Origin: Eledone cirrhosa
Taxonomy: Eukaryota
Direction: 5' to 3'
DNA length: 64,000 nt
NCBI GenBank assembly: GCA_964016885.1
Contig: OZ024760.1
Span: 27,900,001 to 27,964,000 of the forward strand
Shown here in pieces: positions 59,616 to 64,000 of this stretch; position 1 is the first letter of the stretch, and each line of letters begins with the position of its first letter. A program made the position numbers and the translations under genes. The notes below the pieces were generated by a model. It ran no database searches, was not told the origin of the DNA, and was given only the letters and a program-made list of their open reading frames with translations.

Positions 59616-60714
59616 ACACACACAATGCTGCAGTTTTTAATTACAATGTTAGCAGAAGTATATTAAAAAAATGTGTATCTGTGGGTTTGTTTACAGCTGT
59701 GTGTGTGGGTGTGTATGCAGCTGTATGTGTGTGTGTGTGTGTGTGTGGGTTTGTTTACAACTGTGTGTACGTGTGTATGTGTGTGTGTGTGTGTGGGGGG
59801 GGGGGGGTTGTTTACAGCTGTGTGTGTATAACTGTATCTGTGTATGCGTGTACGTGTGTGTATACGTTTGTTTACAACTGTGTGTATAACTGTATAACTG
59901 TATACGCGCGCGCGTCTGTACGCGTGTGTGTATCTGTACGCGTGTGTGTGTATCTGTACGTGTGTGTTTGTCTGTGTGTGTGTGTATGCCTGTATGTGTA
60001 TGTCTGTGCGTGTGTCTGTGTGTGCGTGTGTGTGTGTGTGTGTCTGTCTGTACGTGTGTGTGTGTGTGTCTATAGGTCTGTTTACAACTGTATGTGCATG
60101 TGTCTGTGTGAATGTGTGTGTATGTATATGTAGGTATTTGTGTGAATGTGTAGAACTGTATGCATGTGTGTCTGTATATATATGTGTGTGTATGTATATG
60201 TATGTATATATATATAAATGTGTATGTATATGTGTGTTCATGTGTGTATGTATATGTATATTCATGTGTGTATGTATATGTGTGTATGCAGGTATGAGTC
60301 TGTATGTGTGTGTGTAGGTATGTATGTGTGTGTGTAGGTATGTATGTGTGTGTATGCACGTATGTGTGTGTATTTATGTGTGAGAGTATATATATCAGTG
60401 TGTGTGTGTGTGTTTCTGATATTGTTTACATGCCCTTGGTTCATACACACTCACATACACACATACACACATATACACACTCACATACACACACGCTCAC
60501 ATACACACATACACACGCTCACATACACACATACACACGCTCACACACATATATACAGACGCTCATATACACACATACACACGCTCACACACACACGCTC
60601 ACATACACACATACACACACGCTCACATAGACATACACACACTCACACACACGCTCAGACACCTCTAAATATATACGTGTGTATATATATATACATATAT
60701 ACATATATGTAAGT

Positions 60715-60875
60715 GTGTATGTATGTATACGTACATACATATATGTATACAGACGTACATATATGTGTGCATGTATGTATATATACATACTACTGTATAT
60801 ATGTATGTACGTATACATACTTACATTTAAGTAACTGCCGTACTAAGAGTGAGAAATGAAATTTCGTTTCATTCT
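60715..60875. repeat. Fragment of the ~421-bp unit (another at ~17411-17470)
   Basis: Shares GTACTAAGAGTG.GAAATGAAATTTCGTTTCATT and the GTATACAGACGTACA block. Confidence 0.7.
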
Positions 60876-60903
60876 ATTCCATATATACATATATATATAT
60901 ATG

Positions 60904-60954
<51 letters not shown>

Positions 60955-61164
60955 GTATATATATATGTATATATATATGTATATATATATGTATATATAT
61001 ATGTATATGTATATATATATGTATATATATACATATATGCAAACTTGTATATATATACACAGATAGATAAAAACATACGATTGATATTTATGTTTTATGT
61101 GTACACACTCATGCTTATATACGCACATATATCTACACACAGACACGCACACATATATATATAC

Positions 61165-61760
<596 letters not shown>

Positions 61761-61917
61761 ACACACACACACCCACACACATATATATAACCAAATTAAA
61801 AGATATTTAATGCGATATTTAAAAGATATTTAAGTTTATATTTAATTTGGTTATTACGGCTCTAGATAAGATCCATTGCGATGTTTTGATTCATCATATA
61901 TATATATATATATATAT

Positions 61918-62445
61918 GGAAAGTTATATTTAAATTGTTGGGTTACAACTAGTAAATATTTATAACTGATATAAAAGCACTCAACAAGTATTTGGAGTAT
62001 ATTTACGATATTAAATAAATGGAAACTATATTTATAAAACCATATTTATTTCATTATATATATTTCAGGGATATCATATTAACAATATGTTATGCCTTCT
62101 TCAGACAAAATACAATATAGACAGTTTTATAGATAAATAGATTTGACATACCGTTCAACATCGACTTGTATTTGAAAAAGTTGATTTTCAAATACAAGTC
62201 GATGTTGAACGGTATGTCAAATCTATTTATCTATAAAACTGTCTATATTGTATTTTGTCTGAAGAAGGCATAACATATTGTTAATATGATATCCCTGAAA
62301 TATATATAATGAAATAAATATGGTTTTATAAATATAGTTTCCATTTATTTAATATCGTAAATATACTCCAAATACTTGTTGAGTGCTTTTATATCAGTTA
62401 TAAATATTTACTAGTTGTAACCCAACAATTTAAATATAACTTTCC
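61918..62445. repeat. Inverted repeat, 261-bp arms, 6-nt spacer, between (TA)n tracts
   Basis: Arms 61918-62178 / 62185-62445, no mismatch seen; one HHR per arm; relatives at 47581-47998 and 41460-41535. Confidence 0.95.
62251..62316 (+). ncRNA. Type-I HHR, C.C subclass (mirror copy on minus at 62047-62112)
   Basis: TATTTTGT-CTGAAGA-AGG C ATAACATATT gtt AATATGATAT C CCT-GAAA TATATATA-ATGAAATA. Confidence 0.82.
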
Positions 62446-62487
<42 letters not shown>

Positions 62488-62575
62488 GATTACTGGTTAT
62501 ACATACATACATACGCACATACATACATACATGCATATACACATACATAAACACAGACATACACATACATAGACA

Positions 62576-62623
<48 letters not shown>

Positions 62624-63250
62624 GTGTAAACAAACAAAGATGGTGAATATATATATATAATAAAGACTTTTGATGTATTGAAGGCTTCTTTGTTTTACTT
62701 TCTTAATTCTTCGGCTCTGTTTAACCACATTGAGCTATACCTTTTACTGTCATTTCTATAATACGAAGAGGGTGTTTAACTCCAACACGCTCCAGTATTT
62801 TAACCCTTATATATATATATATATATTCACCATCTTTGTTTGTTTACACTCTCGCTGTCCCCTTTATTTACATGTCCCAACGACTTTCTTTAGCCGTTGC
62901 TCGCACCAACCGGAGGTATATGGTCTTTAAAGCGAAGAAATACCGATGATGGTTGGAAGATCACTGATGAAGGACCACTTTATTCATATATATATATATA
63001 TATATATATACAAATATAAATTTAGCGAGAATCGCATTTCGGCGGGTAGTATATATGTATATATAGGAAAAAGTATGACCCCCGACGGCAGAGCTCAAGC
63101 CGTTTCGACGGCTATTTCGAAACGGCTTGAGCTCTGCCGTCGGGGTCATACTTTTTCCTATTACCCACTCTACTACCCTAAGTATTGAGTACTCTGGTGC
63201 GTTATGGTCCATCTGGTTCCTTACCACACCTCCTTCGTTATATATATATA

Positions 63251-63436
63251 GGGCGGTGGATTGGCAGTATCGGTAGAGCGTCAGACGCCATGCTTTCCAG
63301 CATAGTTACGTCCCTTTACGATCTGAGTTCAAATCCCGCCGAGGTTGACTTTGCCTTTCATCCTTACGGGGTCGATAAAATAAAGTACCAGTAATGTACT
63401 GGGTAATTGCTGGCCTTGTGCCTAAAGTAGAAACAG

Positions 63437-63440
<4 letters not shown>
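63251..63440 (+). mobile_element. tRNA-derived SINE with a Meta-like central domain; copies at 3400-3605 (+), 28612-28795 (-), 39975-40168 (-), 63731-63915 (-), fragment 2938-3000
   Basis: A-box-like TGGCAGTATCGG, B box GTTCAAATCC, central CTTTCATCCTTACGGGGTCGATAAAATAAAGTACCAG; resembles known octopus SINEs (from recall). Confidence 0.85.
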
Positions 63441-63475
<35 letters not shown>

Positions 63476-63521
63476 GGAATACTGTTGGCTTCTTGCTACA
63501 ATACTTTCTATACCTTTCATT

Positions 63522-63580
<59 letters not shown>

Positions 63581-63633
63581 GCCAAGACTGGAATTGAACC
63601 ATCAGCACGGTTGAGGTATGTCAGACATTAATT

Positions 63634-63699
63634 TATTTTATCTGATGAGGACGTACCGAGGAAACACCACAGTACCTCTGAAATATATATAATAAAATA
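63634..63699 (+). ncRNA. Type-I HHR, C.C subclass, same family as 18709
   Basis: TATTTTAT-CTGATGA-GGA C GTAC...GTAC C TCT-GAAA TATATATA-ATAAAATA. Confidence 0.82.
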
Positions 63700-63730
63700 T
63701 TTGATCACATGAATGTCTATATTTATTAAT

Positions 63731-63915
63731 TGTTTCTACGTTAGGCACAAGGCCAGAAATTAGCCAGTGTATTACTGGTACTATATTTTATCGACCCCGT
63801 AAGGATGAAAGGCAAAGTCAACCTCGGCGGGATTTGAACTCAGATCGTAAAGGGACGTAACTAGGCTGGAAAGCATGGCGTCCGACCCTCTACCGATACT
63901 GCCAATCCACCGCCT
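63731..63915 (-). mobile_element. SINE copy with an 18-bp target-site duplication, nested in an HHR element
   Basis: ATGTCTATATTTATTAAT at 63713-63730 and 63916-63933. Confidence 0.9.
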
Positions 63916-64000
63916 ATGTCTATATTTATTAATATTTTGAATTAATATATATATATATATAACCAAATTAAAAGATATTTAATGCGATATTTAAAAGATG

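Noticed and set aside
62961-62990. CTGATGA motifs here and at 23914 (-) and 44987 (-), plus partial motifs near 48633, 57850 and 58075
   Set aside because: Missing or badly degenerate GAAA/stem III or core, so they are not counted as ribozymes.

Overview
AT-rich, microsatellite-saturated animal genomic DNA, most likely an octopod cephalopod (inferred from the SINE families and repeat landscape). Nearly all long ORFs in the track are translations of (TA)n/(CA)n/(CAC)n tracts. The only host coding sequence I can support is a first coding exon of a claudin/PMP22/CACNG-like tetraspan gene (54453-54684). The rest is mobile DNA: at least four distinct Penelope-like retroelement (PLE) lineages, including one with an uninterrupted RT+GIY-YIG frame bounded by 131-bp inverted repeats, plus RTE and CR1-type LINE fragments, two tRNA-derived SINE families, hAT/Tc1 MITEs, a probable Helitron and several minisatellites. 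The main hidden signal is RNA-level. Reading by eye I find about 30 type-I hammerhead ribozyme (HHR) motifs, intact or degenerate, on both strands. They include (i) a ~421-nt tandem unit with one minimal HHR and an octamer per unit, a candidate retrozyme/circRNA system; (ii) an HHR subclass with a conserved C.C mismatch at position 4 of stem II and covarying flanking pairs; (iii) many fold-back palindromes centred at or near the ribozyme whose arms appear to be generated per insertion; and (iv) a Neptune-like PLE whose upstream ORF joins the RT frame across a U_UUU_UUA slippery site. All folds were paired manually; none has been computed or tested.
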